Source: the human T2T-CHM13v2.0 reference genome, Homo sapiens
NCBI RefSeq assembly: GCF_009914755.1
Contig: NC_060935.1
Direction: 5' to 3' (one strand)
Length of the DNA stretch: 64,000 nt
The notes beneath the pieces are model-generated. The model was not told the origin of the DNA. It searched no databases and saw only the letters and a program-made list of their open reading frames with translations. The translations under genes and the position numbers were made by a program. Every line of letters begins with the position of its first letter. The stretch's first letter is position 1. This document shows, piece after piece, positions 38,781 through 51,802 of the stretch.

Positions 38781-39639
38781 GGATGTCACAGCCCCATCAA
38801 AGGTCCGCTACATATTCCCCCACCCCCAAAGGTGGATGGACATAGGTGGGCAACATTTTTATTACGCAAAAAAGGACATTTCGTAGAACAACATTACTCT
38901 AATGAAATACCACCATTTCATTCTAGAAAGGCTGAGGACTCCATCTCAGACCAGGGGCTGGTGGTGTCCTGGTTTTTTAACAAGAACTTGTTCTCACTCT
39001 GCCCCAGCGTTTGTCAGCCCAGCCATGGCTCCTATCCACGGCACTGGGCCCGCAGAGCTCCAGGAGCTGACATGCTCCGTCTTAAGGCAGGTCGGCTGCT
39101 CCGAGGACTGCCGGCCCTGTCAGTATGGTGTCCTTGCCCAGCTGGTATTGGCCAAGTTGACCGTGTCCAGGGGACAGAGAGAGGGGAGGGGCAGGTTGTT
39201 GGAAGCCTTTCTGCAGATGTAGCTTGGAGCAGTGTCCTAAGGGAGGCCAGCCCCTATGGGTCGGGACAGAGGCCTCACCAGTGGGATCCAGTCACTGGGG
39301 CTGAGGCCTGGGTGTGCAGGTGGGGTGGTGAGCCATGCGGCAGTAGCCCCTGGGGACTAGAGCAGGCTCCTTGTGGAGCTGTGCGGAGCTGGCCGGCCTG
39401 GTCCCCGTGGCTTCACCCTGAGCGTGCTGCTGCCTAGGCCCTGAACAGACAGAGGCAAGCCCTGCATGGCGCCCAGGGTGCCAGTGACTCTGGTTGCTCT
39501 CAAACCATGAGAAACGTTAGAACTTCTTTACCCCTCTGTGAGATGGGCTGGGCCTGGCCTCTGAGGAGCCTCCAGGAATGGCAGGAGGGAGGGTGGGGGA
39601 TGGGGAGTGGGTGCTGCTGCCCATCGACGCTGCTGGGCA

Positions 39640-39805
39640 ACTAACAAATTCAGCAAATTCTTCTTTTTATTGTGTATGTTCGACAACTGCCTTCACTTAA
39701 AGTCACTTTTTTCTGGCTCTCCAAATATACTTAGATAAGGAAACAGAGTCTATTTAAGGAACAATGTTAAGCAAACAATAGTACAGGTGTTCAAAGATAT
39801 GGAAT
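39640..39805. mobile_element. hAT-Charlie-like DNA transposon relic (Charlie4z-like)
   Basis: TTTAAGGAACAATGTTAAGCAAACAATAGTACAGGTG...AGATATGG. Confidence 0.45.
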
Positions 39806-39964
39806 GAGTGACAGATGGGGCGAGGGACCCCGATGCAGCCCCACCCAGAGGACAGCGCACGCGGGCTTTGAAGTCCTTCCTGGCAGGCCCCGAATGTGAG
39901 CGGGTGGACCCAGGCCTCCTGGGGGCCTCAGCTCAGCTGGAGCCAGGGTCTCTGGAGGGGCCTG

Positions 39965-40460
39965 GGTTAGTTTCCTGTGGCTGCTGGAACAAGTCGCCAA
40001 AATTTTGGTGGCCTAAAATCAAGGTGTCCTCAGGGCTGGTCCCTTCTGGAGGCTCTAGGGAGAGTCCCTGTCCTGCAGTTTCCTGCTCCTAGGGGCGCCC
40101 ACATCCCTTGGATCATGGCCCCTCCTTCACCCTCAAAGGCGGCTGCGGCTCATGGCATCCTCACATCACAGACTCTGTGCGTCCCCTGCGGCCACGTCTC
40201 CTCCTCTGACTCTGATCCCCTGCCTCTTTCCCGTATCAGGACCCTTGTCATCACATTGGGCCACCCAGAGAACCCAGGATTTTCTCCCCATTGCACGATC
40301 AGCTGCTTGGCTGCCTGAATTCCATGCAGCCTTGATTCCCCTTCAAAGGAAATCAAGTGGCAAAGGGGAATTGAGTGACGCATGCGTGAGTTCCAAGGAT
40401 TAGGGCATAGACTCCTTTGGGGGCGCCCTGGGGTGGGGGGTGTTCCTGTGTCTCCCTGCA
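39965..40460 (-). mobile_element. MaLR LTR (MLT1D-like)
   Basis: TTAGTTTCCTGTGGCTGCTG...AATCAAGGTGTC...CTGGAGGCTCTAGGGAGA...GGATTAGGGCATAGAC. Confidence 0.8.
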
Positions 40461-43400
40461 GCCCCTGCTTGGACACATGACCAGCTCAGGCAGTGCTGCC
40501 TCCGGGGGAAGTCAAGAGTCTCTGGTGAGTCTCAGACAGGCCTCAGAGTGTCTCAGGGTGGCCTCAGAGACAGGGGAGGCCCCTATGAGCTGGAGGGAGT
40601 GTGAGGACAGGGCCTCCTGTGAGAGGGCAGGTTTGACTTTTACTCTGCCGCTGAGTGACTGTGTGGCCCAGGCAGTCACCCCAGAGAGGTCTGACTGGCG
40701 CTTGCCGGGGTGGCTGTGTGCAGCAGGCATTGGGGCCCTGGAGATATTTGCTCTTTCTTTTTGTTTTATTATCCAGACTTGCAAGGCCCTGTGTGCCCCC
40801 TCGGGGCTGCACACGTGTACGCACAAACGCATGCCCAGTGTGACCCCTGTCCACACCTGGTGCCTGTCCCCTGTGCCCCTGTTTATCCCTTCTACCTACA
40901 GCCTATCCCCTACCCAGGCCCAGCCCTCCCAGCTCACCCTCTTCCAACCCAGGCCTGAGCTCTGTTCGGGTCTCTATCCTCCTGCCCTTTAGCCTCCTCT
41001 CTTACTGATAGAACATTCCAGAGCATTCCACCACCACTGGCCTGCAATTATCACCCCATCGCTGTGAGTGGGGGCAGGCTGAGGAAGCTGTGCTCGGGCC
41101 GGAGCACAGCCGGCCTCCTTGCAGGGGCAGCTGCGGGCGCGCAGACAGCTGGGGCTGGGAGCCTCTTCCAGGGATCCTCCGCCTGTGGTTTTCCTCCTTG
41201 ACCTTCTTAGGAGGGTCCAGTTCCTTCTCCTGGCCAAGGCCCCACTCTCTGCCACCCCAGGCAGGGCCAGGGTGGGTCACCATCTGCAGAAGCCCTCAGG
41301 GGCCCCCAGCAGCGCCCCTCCTATCCCCCTGCCCCAGGGCGGGCTGCCGCCTTGTAACCCCCAGAACTCTTGGCTCTCATGTATATGAGTCAGCGTTGAC
41401 TGTTTAACCTGTTGCAAGACACTCTGCTGGGTGCTGCGACATGGTTAGGTTTTCTCCACATTAGAAGGTAGAAGGAAGAAAAATAAGTTCTGAAAGAAAC
41501 AGACTTGCCCTGCCTCTGCCCTGACCTTGAGGTGAACAGAGGTTTTGCACAGAACGACCATCCCTGCAGCGGGTGGCTTGGGGGGTACCACCATGATTTG
41601 AGACCCTGGGTGGTGCTGGCCAGAATCAGCCTCTATGAGATGGGCAGGGCAGTCCAGGGCAGGGGAAGCCCTGTGCCCCAAGATCAGATACATCAGCTAC
41701 AATGAGAGGCATCAGGCGGCCTCAGGCCCTCAAGCCGGTCCCCATGTGCCCATTTGCAGTCTGTCTCATACTCACGGCCACCTGGCCACTGCACCCTGAT
41801 ACAGCAGTGGGGCCTTCATGCCTGTGGGGTGTCTGCCTGCCCAGCTGTGCCCACTCATGTGGTGGATTCATCCCAATGCTGGTCCTGGGGGCCCTGGGCT
41901 CCCCCCGGCCCTTTCTCGGGGCAGTTTACACTTTGCAGCTGAATCAATCAGGGGCAGAAATGCCTGGCAGGGGAATGTTTACCGATTTGGTTTTCTGGGG
42001 CTGAGGATGCTCGGTGTTTGTCCAGGCTCTGTCCTGCTGGCTCCTCTAAAGCTTTGCAAACAAGAGCCTCGGAGAGAAGGAGGCCTTCCCCTCCCCATGT
42101 GCTGAATTCGGGGCGGTCCTGACAGCCATGCGCGGGGGCCCGCTGTGGCCTCCTCTGCACGGCTGCTGAGGGAATGCAGGTCAAACAAAGTAGGCCAGCG
42201 GCTTAGGGACCCCCGAGTAAGCAGGCAGACCCACAGGAAATCCAGTGCTCCGAGCCCCCACACCTGTGGTGTGGCAGCCACCCAGCAAGACTGGACCGAG
42301 AGGCCACGTGGGCAGCCACCCTTGCCAGGTGGGCACAGGGAGTGCAGGTGGTTTGTTCTTGCCTCAGATCCAGGAGAGCAGCTTTTTTGCCTGAACCCAC
42401 TCGTGAATTTTTCATATTTTTGGAGAGCTCCTTGTGAGGACAGCCGGCCTGAGCAGGCTTTGATGAACATTAGAGCAGGTGGCCACAATTGGGCAGATCT
42501 GGGCCTGGAGACCCAGTTGTCATGTTTGAGAGGGAAGGGGCATTCCCAGAAATCACAGGGATGACTGGTGTGAGCCCACCGCCCACCTAGACTCCCGTAC
42601 CATGCGGGGCCCCTCATTGACTCCGAGGGTCTTCAAGGCCCTGTGCTCCTCCAGAAGGTGGGGTCTGAGGTGCTGCTGGGTGTCTCTCTTCACCTCTTCA
42701 GAAGCATTCATGAGGTAAGACCCCACCCCTTCAGGCCCTGGCACAGGCCTCAGAGCAGGCCCACCACCCAACTCACTGGTTCACTTAGGGGTAGAAATTA
42801 TCCCAGCTTTTACCCAGAGCTCAGGGCCCAAGATGTCAGTTTGCCTGCCGGCTGTTGCTCTGACTGTGGCCTCCCTCCCAGCTCCCCGGCATGCAGCTCC
42901 CAGAGGGAGAACTTGAGCAGGGAAGGGAAGGGGCTCGAATCCCTACGCCAGTCCCTGCATGGCCCTATGGGGACTTGCGTCTCCCCGGAGGAGAGCAGCC
43001 CTGCGCAGCCCTCTCTTACTGATTCCTGGAGTCTGCACAGCTACATAGGGTCAGATTCACGACCTCCCAGCTTTAACCAGCCTTCTTGATTAGCCGCCAT
43101 CTAAGGCCCAACTGTGCTTCGTGACAGGCCTTTGAGCCTAAAAGGAGTTGCCCCCAGCAATGACATCGGATGCCTGTTTAGTCAGCGGACTGCCTCAGAA
43201 AGGAATCTCACAGGCAGCGGGTTCTTCTGGTAGGGTGGGATATTTCAGCGGGAGGTAAACAGGTGTTGTCACAGAACGGCAGACTGGGGCCTCCCCTGGT
43301 GGGCCTTGAGGGTGCTGGCCTGCAGACCTGCTCCTGCCCGTTCTGGCCTGATCCGGGGCCTCTTGACTGCAGGTCTCTCGTGGGCTCTCAGCCCCAGGTG

Positions 43401-43894
43401 CCTGCCCTCACCCACGTAGCTTGGGACATCATCAGCCCATTGCCGGTACCCATGGTACCTTCACCACCCTCTTGGCCGCATTCTGAAAATCAATGTTTAG
43501 TCCCTCCTTGAACTTAAAAAGTCAAACTTAAAAAGAGATTATTACAGGGAGCTGGGGACTCAGGCTTGCACCCTGCCTGTTTAGGATAAAAGGCCACCGT
43601 GTGTCCACTCTAGTGTCTCTGCTCAAACAGGAGACGATGTGGCATCGGGAACACCAATGCGGCACTCAGAGAAGGCTCTTAGCCAGCTGGCCCCTGATGG
43701 GCTCACTGGCTGCACCAGCTTGTGTAGCAGCTGAGCTCCTGCAGAGCCTTCTGGGAGGGAAGAATGTGTTTCTTGCTCCAGTACTGCAGAGCATGTGATA
43801 CCTGCAGGGGTGCAAGAGGTGCCTGAGAGCAGGCATAGCCAAGACTTGTTTGCGGTTGCTCCTGACGCAGAGCCGGCACATGAGGTGGCGTTCC

Positions 43895-44020
43895 CTCACT
43901 CTCTCATTCATTCATTTATTCGCCAGTGTTTCCTGGGCCCCATGCCATGCCAGGTACCTTACTAGGCCCTGGGGATAAAAAAGAGGACAAAAGAGATGAG
44001 ACCTTCATCCTAGAGCTTAG
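43895..44020 (-). mobile_element. L2 LINE 3' end
   Basis: CATTCATTCATTTATTCGCCAGTG...GCCAGGTACC...CTAGGCCCTGGGGATA. Confidence 0.7.
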
Positions 44021-44039
44021 GATGTGAACTGCGTCCTTC

Positions 44040-44950
44040 TTTAAATGGAAATTTCTAAATTACGGTGTACCGAATGCATCCACCCTTGGCCTCGTCACAT
44101 GTGCTGTTGGGCAGTATTTTCCTACATTTTCTTCTGTGAAATTTATAATTCAGCCTTTGTCATTCAGGCCTGTCGTCGTGTCCAGGTGCACCTTTGCATT
44201 CGGAAGAATCCAGATTCCTTTTCCTCCGTGGAGTGACTCCCCTTCCCCACCTGCCCTGCAGCCATTCCATCCTGTCTATGGTGGTCGATGGTGTCATCTT
44301 TGTGGTCTAGTGTGTTCCCGAGTATACAAGGGTGTGTGATCGGGGCTCCCTCTTTGCACTGATAGTCTGCTGGTCGGAAGGACAATGGCGGCACCCCAAG
44401 ACCTGATGCTCTGGTTTAGAAACGGGTTCTAATGCCCAGAAGAGCTCCTAAACCCCTATTTATAATAATCTCTTTTTAAGTTTGACTTATCTGTTTGGGA
44501 CCTTTATTCCTCCATGCCAACTTTAAAGTTAAGTTTATTGCATTTCTTAAAAATTTCAACTGGAAGTTTGCTTGGGATTGCCTCGAATTTGCAGGTTAAA
44601 TTTGGGAAAAACTGGAGTCTCTCTCATGTTGCGTTTTCTCCTCCAAGAACAAGGAGTCTCTCTGCATTGAGTCAGGCCCTCTTGGACCTCTGTTGCCATC
44701 TTTTCCTGAAAGGGCTGGTGGGGTCTTGCTTCCATTATTCCTGGATGAGACCTTCTTTCCCCTGCTATTTTGGAATTTTTTCTCCCAGGAGTTTATTGCT
44801 GGTATAAAGAAATGCCATTGATTTGGGGGGGTTGATCTCACACCTGACAACCATGTCATACTTTCTATCAGCTCTATTGATTGATCTTTTGATCCTGCTG
44901 ATTGTCTAAGTGGATCGGTCCTATCAGGAGGAGTCAGCGTGACCACAGGC
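44040..44950 (-). mobile_element. Ancient LINE-1 (L1ME-like) ORF2 relic
   Basis: GGACCTTTATTCCTCCATG...TTGGGATTGCCTCGAATTTGCAGGTTAAATTTGGG parallels reverse L1 ORF2. Confidence 0.65.
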
Positions 44951-45124
44951 CCCCATTCCCCAGCCCCTAATGTTCTTGCCTCATGTCTTCAGGTGCGGGG
45001 CTGGCAGAGGCTGGGGTTACCTGACACTTGTCATCCTTCTGCTGGGCCTCAGCACCCGGCGGAGGCAGGGGCTTCCTCTGACACGATACAGGGATTTGCT
45101 GACGGTTCCTTGTCTGCTCACTAA

Positions 45125-45561
<437 letters not shown>

Positions 45562-45569
45562 TCTTGCCG

Positions 45570-46165
45570 TCATTTTTTTTATTTTAAATAAACTTTGATT
45601 TTAGAATAGTTTTGGAATTACAAAATTCTTACACAGGTGGCACCAAGAGTCCCCAGGTGCCCTTCCCCCAGCAGCCCTATTATCAGCATCTCACATTAGT
45701 ATGCATTTGTCACAAGGAAACAACAGTGCTACATGACTGTTAACTGAGTCCATGCTTGATGCAGATTTCCTCAGTTTCCCTACTGTCTTTTTTCTCTCCC
45801 CGGGCCCCACCCAGGGTCCCATGTGACATTCCTCATCCGTCTCCCTGGGCTCCTCTGGGCGGTGACTGTTTCCCAGGCTCTCCTTGTTGGTGGTGACCTG
45901 GACGGTTCAGAGGAGGACAGGTCAGGTGTTTGTAGGGTGTCCCTTACTAGGATCCGTCTGCTGCTGTCCTCACGATTCGACTGGGCTGTGGGTGTGAGGA
46001 GGGAGAGCACAGAGGGAAATGCCCTTCTCATCGCCCTGTTCCGAGGGCCCATCCTGTCGGTGTGGCTCGTCATGGGCGATGCTGTCTCTGTCTCCTGGCT
46101 CTGAGGCCATGGCTGTCAATCTCTTCAACTGTGATTTGTTCTTTTCCCCCTTTGCAGACTGTCCT
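45570..46165 (-). mobile_element. LINE-1, L1MC-type 3' UTR
   Basis: AAATAAACTTTGATTTTAGAATAGTTTT...CAGATTTCCTCAGTTT...GGTCAGGTGTTTGTAG. Confidence 0.75.
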
Positions 46166-46489
46166 TGGACCCGCCAGCATTTGGCTCTGGGGCCCTAGAG
46201 AGACCCTGGGATGTGGATCACACTGGTGACCCCTGTGAGCCCCACTGGGGACAGATCCAGGAAGGGACCTCCTGGGAATGAGGTCTGGCCTCTGCCTGGA
46301 TCAAAGCCATGGCCCCCATTCCCCGGGGATAGGGAAGCTGTGCAGGCAGCCTGGGTAATGGGCCACCGCCCCAGGCAGGCGTGGGAATCCACACATGGCC
46401 CTTCTCAAAGACGGGTGCTGTCCCTGGGGCTCTGGCGGGGTCCTGGAGCCTCTCTCATTGGGCACATCCGAGCCCAGCCTGGCCCATGG

Positions 46490-46730
46490 TGGAAATGCAA
46501 ATCTAATTAGTCTGGCATTGAGCCCGTCTTAAAAGTATTAACAGAGCCTTAAACTGTGCTGTTGGACGGGGATGAAGAAACGCCTTAGAAAGAAATTACC
46601 GGATGGTGACAAAGCCCCAATTTATTAGTCTTCTCCAATGGGGACTGTGCAAAGGACATTAATTACTTTAATGGGACTTATTTTGCTTCGTTGCCCAAAG
46701 TAATTGGTTTATTAACCTCTCCTTCCCTTT
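46490..46730. promoter_or_regulatory. Candidate homeodomain/POU enhancer
   Basis: Non-repetitive AT-rich island: ATGCAAAT (46495-46502) abuts CTAATTAG (46503-46510), followed by CATTAATTA, TTAATGG and TAATTGG. Confidence 0.5.
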
Positions 46731-46879
46731 AGGGAGGGAGGGAGGGAAAGACTGGGGCCTGGGGGTGGCCCCGGGAGGGGCTCGTCCAGCCTTCTGCTCC
46801 TCTGCCCAGCGGTGCAGCCTTGCACCCTGGGGCAGCCGGTGCTTGGTCCCTGCTGGCCTGGGCTGGGGCTGCCCCAGTG

Positions 46880-47330
46880 CCCACTGATCTATTCTTGTTC
46901 ACTAGGCATCCACCGTGTGCCAGTCACTGGAATACGGCCATGAGAAAGACAGGACCCTCAAGAAACAACCTGTTCCCTGAAGGCCATAAGTTCACTGTTG
47001 TCACAGGTGCCCAGAGGAAAGGAAGATGGCTTTGGGGGTGGACACGTCTGGGCAGGCTTCTTGCAGAAAGGCCACAGGCTAGGATGGTGGGAAGGCAAGA
47101 GAATGCCGGGAAAGGGAGGACTGGTTGCCCACAGGGAGTGGGGGTCATGGGGGCAGGTTCCAGAGATCAGAAGGAGGTGGTGGGAAGAGGCACGCAGGGT
47201 GAGGCTGGCTGGAGGCAGGTGAGGCAGCCCAGCCTCAGGAGCCAGGAACCAGCTTCCCCGGGCTTTACCAGATGGGGAGCGATAAGGGCTGTGTTTCAAA
47301 ACAATCCCTCTGGCGTGAAGCAAGCCGTCT
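46880..47330 (-). mobile_element. L2 LINE fragment
   Basis: CACTAGGCATCCACCGTGTGCCAGTCACTG...CCCTGAAGGCCATAAGTTCAC. Confidence 0.5.
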
Positions 47331-48764
47331 TGAAAACAGACCAGAACCGGCTGCTTCCACCACCAGCAGAATACTTCAAGAAGACCACTCGGGCCTAGGG
47401 CTCTGCAAGCAATATCTGATTTTCAGAAAACCATGGCTCACCCACACTCTACCCTAGGAAAGGGCAGGTTCCCAGGGCTGGGCTTGTGGCCAGTGCAGCA
47501 CTATCCTCAGTGGCCTGGGACACCCAGAACTGGCCAGGAAAGACCCCTACACAGACCCCCAGCTCTGCAGTCAGCCCTGTCTCCTTGTGTCCCCAGACCT
47601 CGGGCGAGGGAGAAGCAAGTTCCCCTCAGGAATGCTGGTGAAGCTGGCATGCCCCCACCCCCTAGCTCACCCTGGGTCCACGCAGGGCCTGCTCCCAGAG
47701 TGAATCCCAGAGGTGTGCCTGCCCCACCTGTCCCAGTAAGGGTGGTTGTGTGTGTTGGGTAGATGTGGTGAGGTGTGCTGGTGGGGAGGGTCCCTATCAG
47801 ATGCCCCTGGGTACCTCCCCAGGCAGGGCCCTCAGCACCTGATGCCAAACCAGGCTCCACTCTTCCTCCAGGTGAGCCCGAGGGCCCAGCTGGGCGTCCA
47901 CGTGGAGGTGTGGGGCCCGGGTGGGACAAGCCTGGCAACCAGGACCCAGCATGAAACTGCAGGTGCAGGAGCCCCAGCCAGCCTGGAATGTGGGGGCTCA
48001 GAGGCCACCCAGAGCCCACAGCAGGGACTCCCCACGCCAGGCCCGGCTGGATCACAGAGCTTAGGGTCCAGCCAGCTGCTGCTGCCCCTCCCTCTGGGCC
48101 TCAAGACCATCTGTCACGTGACAGGGGCAGGCTAGGCCTTTCTTGAACTCACTGTGAGCTACAGAGACTGTGTTCTGGCCAGGTGAATGGTGCCCCTGGG
48201 GGCCAAGATCCCCACCTCTGGTCTGGCAGCTGGGTGTGCAGGGGCAGCCCCAGACCTCCAGAGTGCCCTCTTCCCCTCTTTGCGGTTGTCACCCTGTCCT
48301 TGAGTCTAACTGGGGCTGTGCTGCCTTTGACGTGAGCTATTCAAAATGGCGGGAGGGGCGAGGCCTCTGGAGCAAGGAAAGAGAGTGGTGGCTGTGTCCA
48401 GCAAGTCCCTGTTGCCACTGATAGCATAAAAAGTAACTCTGAAACCTGGTGGCCCTACAGTTGACACACATGGGGCCGCAGGAGGAAGGAGGCTCAGGCT
48501 AGGCCAAACATCAGAGACCTCAGGTCTGTCTCCTTTACCAAATGGGGGGCTGTTCCGCCAGCACCCCAGTAGGGAGGATGAGAGGATGCCATGATTTCCA
48601 GGGTGGTGTCAGAACCTGTCTGCCAGGGCTCTGCAGGGAGGGGTTTGGGGTTGAGATTGGGAGACCTAGAAATCGAGGGGTGTCGGGGGCCTCGGCTGGG
48701 GGGCAAGCACAGATGAGGATGGAAGCAGCTCAGTGTCACTCAGTCTGCACTGGGAATGGGGGAT

Positions 48765-48899
48765 CCCAAGGCCAGGGCTCTGCCTGGTGCCAACTGTGTG
48801 ACCCTGGGCACGCTGCTGAGCCTCTCTGGGCCCCAGTTCCCTTATTCGTACAACGGGAATGATCGAGGAGTTAACATGTGTTTAAAAGCACCGAGGCTT
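48765..48899 (+). mobile_element. MIR SINE hosting the Alu insertion
   Basis: CTGTGTGACCCTGGGCACGCTGCTGAGCCTCTCTGGGCCCCAGTT. Confidence 0.7.
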
Positions 48900-49361
<462 letters not shown>

Positions 49362-51489
49362 CTACACGGCGCCCTGAGAATTGTGTGTAAATGAGTGAAA
49401 ATGGGGTGAGAGGGAGGGAGTGGGAACAGCCAAGAGGCCAGGAAGCAGAGCCTGGGTGCAGGGGCATCTTGCTGGTGAAGCTGGGGAGAGACCTGCGCAA
49501 CCCCACCTGAGTGAGGCACTGTGGGCCCAGAGTCCAGGTCAGCGCCAGGGGCAGCAGGGGCTGGATCTCCGGGGAAGTTGAGGAATGACATGTATTCCAG
49601 GGAAGAATTGGGCCGGAGGCTGAAACAGGACGACAGAGCCCTCAGCCCAGGGCGGAGGACATGGGAGACGGGGGTATAGCTGTTGGGCTTGTGGCTGGCC
49701 TGGCCTAACCAGTTGGGGGAATCCATGGGAGGCTTTAGCCCTGCTCTGTGAACTGCTGGGCCTTCCTTAGGGGCCCTGGGGAGCCTTCCCAGCAGAATGT
49801 CCAGGCTCCTGCTGGCCCAAGCTCCAAGTTCTCTGGCTCCCAGGGTCTGTGTGGAATCCACCGGTTTCACCCCACGTCTTTTCCTCTCCTGCCTGGTAAC
49901 CCTCTCTGCAGAGGCCCTGGCTGGACCAGTTGCTTTGCAATTCACAAGGCTTTGGAAGGCAGTGCTCACAAATCACTTTTCTAGACGAAGACCAGTAAGA
50001 AGCCCATGTCATTCTTCTGAGACATTAGGGGTTTTCTCTCCCTTGTTTTAATCAACCAGTTCCCAATAAGTCATTTCAGTCAGGCCATTACCAATGGCTC
50101 ATAATCTCCTGGGCTGCTGGGCGAAATGGGATCCCCTGGCTCTTTCACTGAAAACACTTTTCTTGTTTTCTTTCTCCGGCATGCTGGAAGCCGGCCAACT
50201 CGCCAGTTCCATTAACTTAATGAGGGCTGACAGCCTGCGACAAACGTCCTCATAATCTCCCCAGGATTTAAACGGGGTCCTCCCCAGCTGCCTGCCTACA
50301 CCCCAACCTCGAGGCTCTTTACCTCTGTCTGTGCACCCACCCAGCCCCTCCTGGGAAAAAGCCAGGACAAAGATGTATTTCTTCGCTAGCTCCTTCCTGG
50401 CGGCTCTGTGCAGGCAGCCTCAGACCTGTAGGCCCTCTGCCCAATTTGGGTCACCCACAGCCCCCGCACCCCACAGCAATTTCTTGGGAGCTGATCATCC
50501 CCAAAGCTTGGAACTACAAGGCAGTGACTGGTTTTGCCGGGCTCCGCTCGTCCCTCTGAGCGGAGGGTCACCCTGGTCACCATGAAAACTTTATCCTCAT
50601 CCACACCTTTCTTTCTCCAACTAGCATGGGAATCAGTTTAGGGTCCTCCCACACCCTCATCCAAACCCTCATCTCCCACCCCCCACTTGCAGAGAAAGCC
50701 CCATGCTCTCAGCAGAAACGGACGCCAGCGTTTAGGAGCGGGTGGGCTCCCGGAAGGGGGCTCTATGGGAAAGGGGAGGCAAGGCTGAGCAGCTGCCCAA
50801 AGTGAGCATCTGTCCCACGTTCCACCCCCAGGAAACCCTCTCTCCTGACGCGGGGACTTGCGTCTCAGTGCAGAGGGCAGTGGAGGGACAGTGCAGCTCC
50901 GAAATGAGCATCTGAGTTCACTGCTGGTGGGCACCATCCCGGCCAACAGGCCACTAGTGTGTTCTCCCTCTTTCAAACGGGGCGGCGACCCTCGTCTGAC
51001 AGGCGGCTGTTCTGAGAGCGGTGGCTGTCCCAGGGAAGCCCTCGGTGAGCGTAGCGTTACCATGGTTTTTAAATTAAAGCATCTGCAGATGCGCTGTGTC
51101 CCTGCAAGGGCAGGCAGATCGGGACCCCAGGGACTGGTCCCCATAGCCAAGGTGTTCAGCCGCCCTGTCCCCTACACAGAGTGCCTCTCCCACTGGCTCA
51201 GGGTGAGGGCAAAATGGCACTTGCAGAACATGAGGCCCGGCCAGCTTTGCCCTATTCCCCCCATAGCATGGCTGACCTTCCTCTGAGCCCCTCGTGGATG
51301 CCCACACACGGCAAGACGTTTCCTCAAAGATGCTCTTCTGCAAAGCTGCACTTTCTCGGTTGCCGCTGCCACCTTGGCACCTCTCTGGGGTACCTTGTAC
51401 TGCCCTGTCCTCCCCACGCCCTGAGGGGCCGTCCTAGGCAGCACTCACCCTGGTCATCCCTGTTTCCACCACAAGACTGTTTGTAGCCG

Positions 51490-51760
51490 AGCTTGGGAGT
51501 TGTGTTGTGTAGTGTTGACTTGAGTTGCATCGTGTTGTGTTGACTTGAGCTGAACTGTGCTGAGTGTTACTGAGTTGAGGTGACTGGGTTGATTTTAGCT
51601 TCACAGGTGATCTGAACCCAGCTGAGTGGCTTCCATGGAGCTGATCTGAACCCAGCTGAGTGGCTTCCATGGAGCTGATCTGAACCCAGTTGAGTGGCTT
51701 CCATGAAGCTGATCCGGACTAAGCTAAACTGAGTTTCATTGAGCAGCTTGTTTAGCTGGT
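51490..51760 (+). repeat. Degenerate pentamer repeat grading into 3 x 34-bp tandem repeat
   Basis: TTGTG/TTGAC/TTGAG/CTGAG periodicity. TGATCTGAACCCAGYTGAGTGGCTTCCATGRAGC occurs at 51608, 51642 and 51676. Confidence 0.9.
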
Positions 51761-51802
51761 GTGTGCCAGGTGGTCTCTCGGGGGGTCCGATGGGATACCT
51801 AG

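Noticed and set aside
38496-39437. Longest ORF (313 aa)
   Set aside because: Non-ATG start, overlap with a MIR relic, a Pro/Gly/Trp/Cys-rich composition typical of GC-rich non-coding frames, and no recognisable domain.
51608-51714. 34-bp repeats resembling a CRISPR array
   Set aside because: The units are head to tail with no unique spacers, the context is eukaryotic, and there are no cas genes.
51490-51760. True immunoglobulin switch region
   Set aside because: Only ~270 bp long, with no Ig constant exons or J segments in the window.
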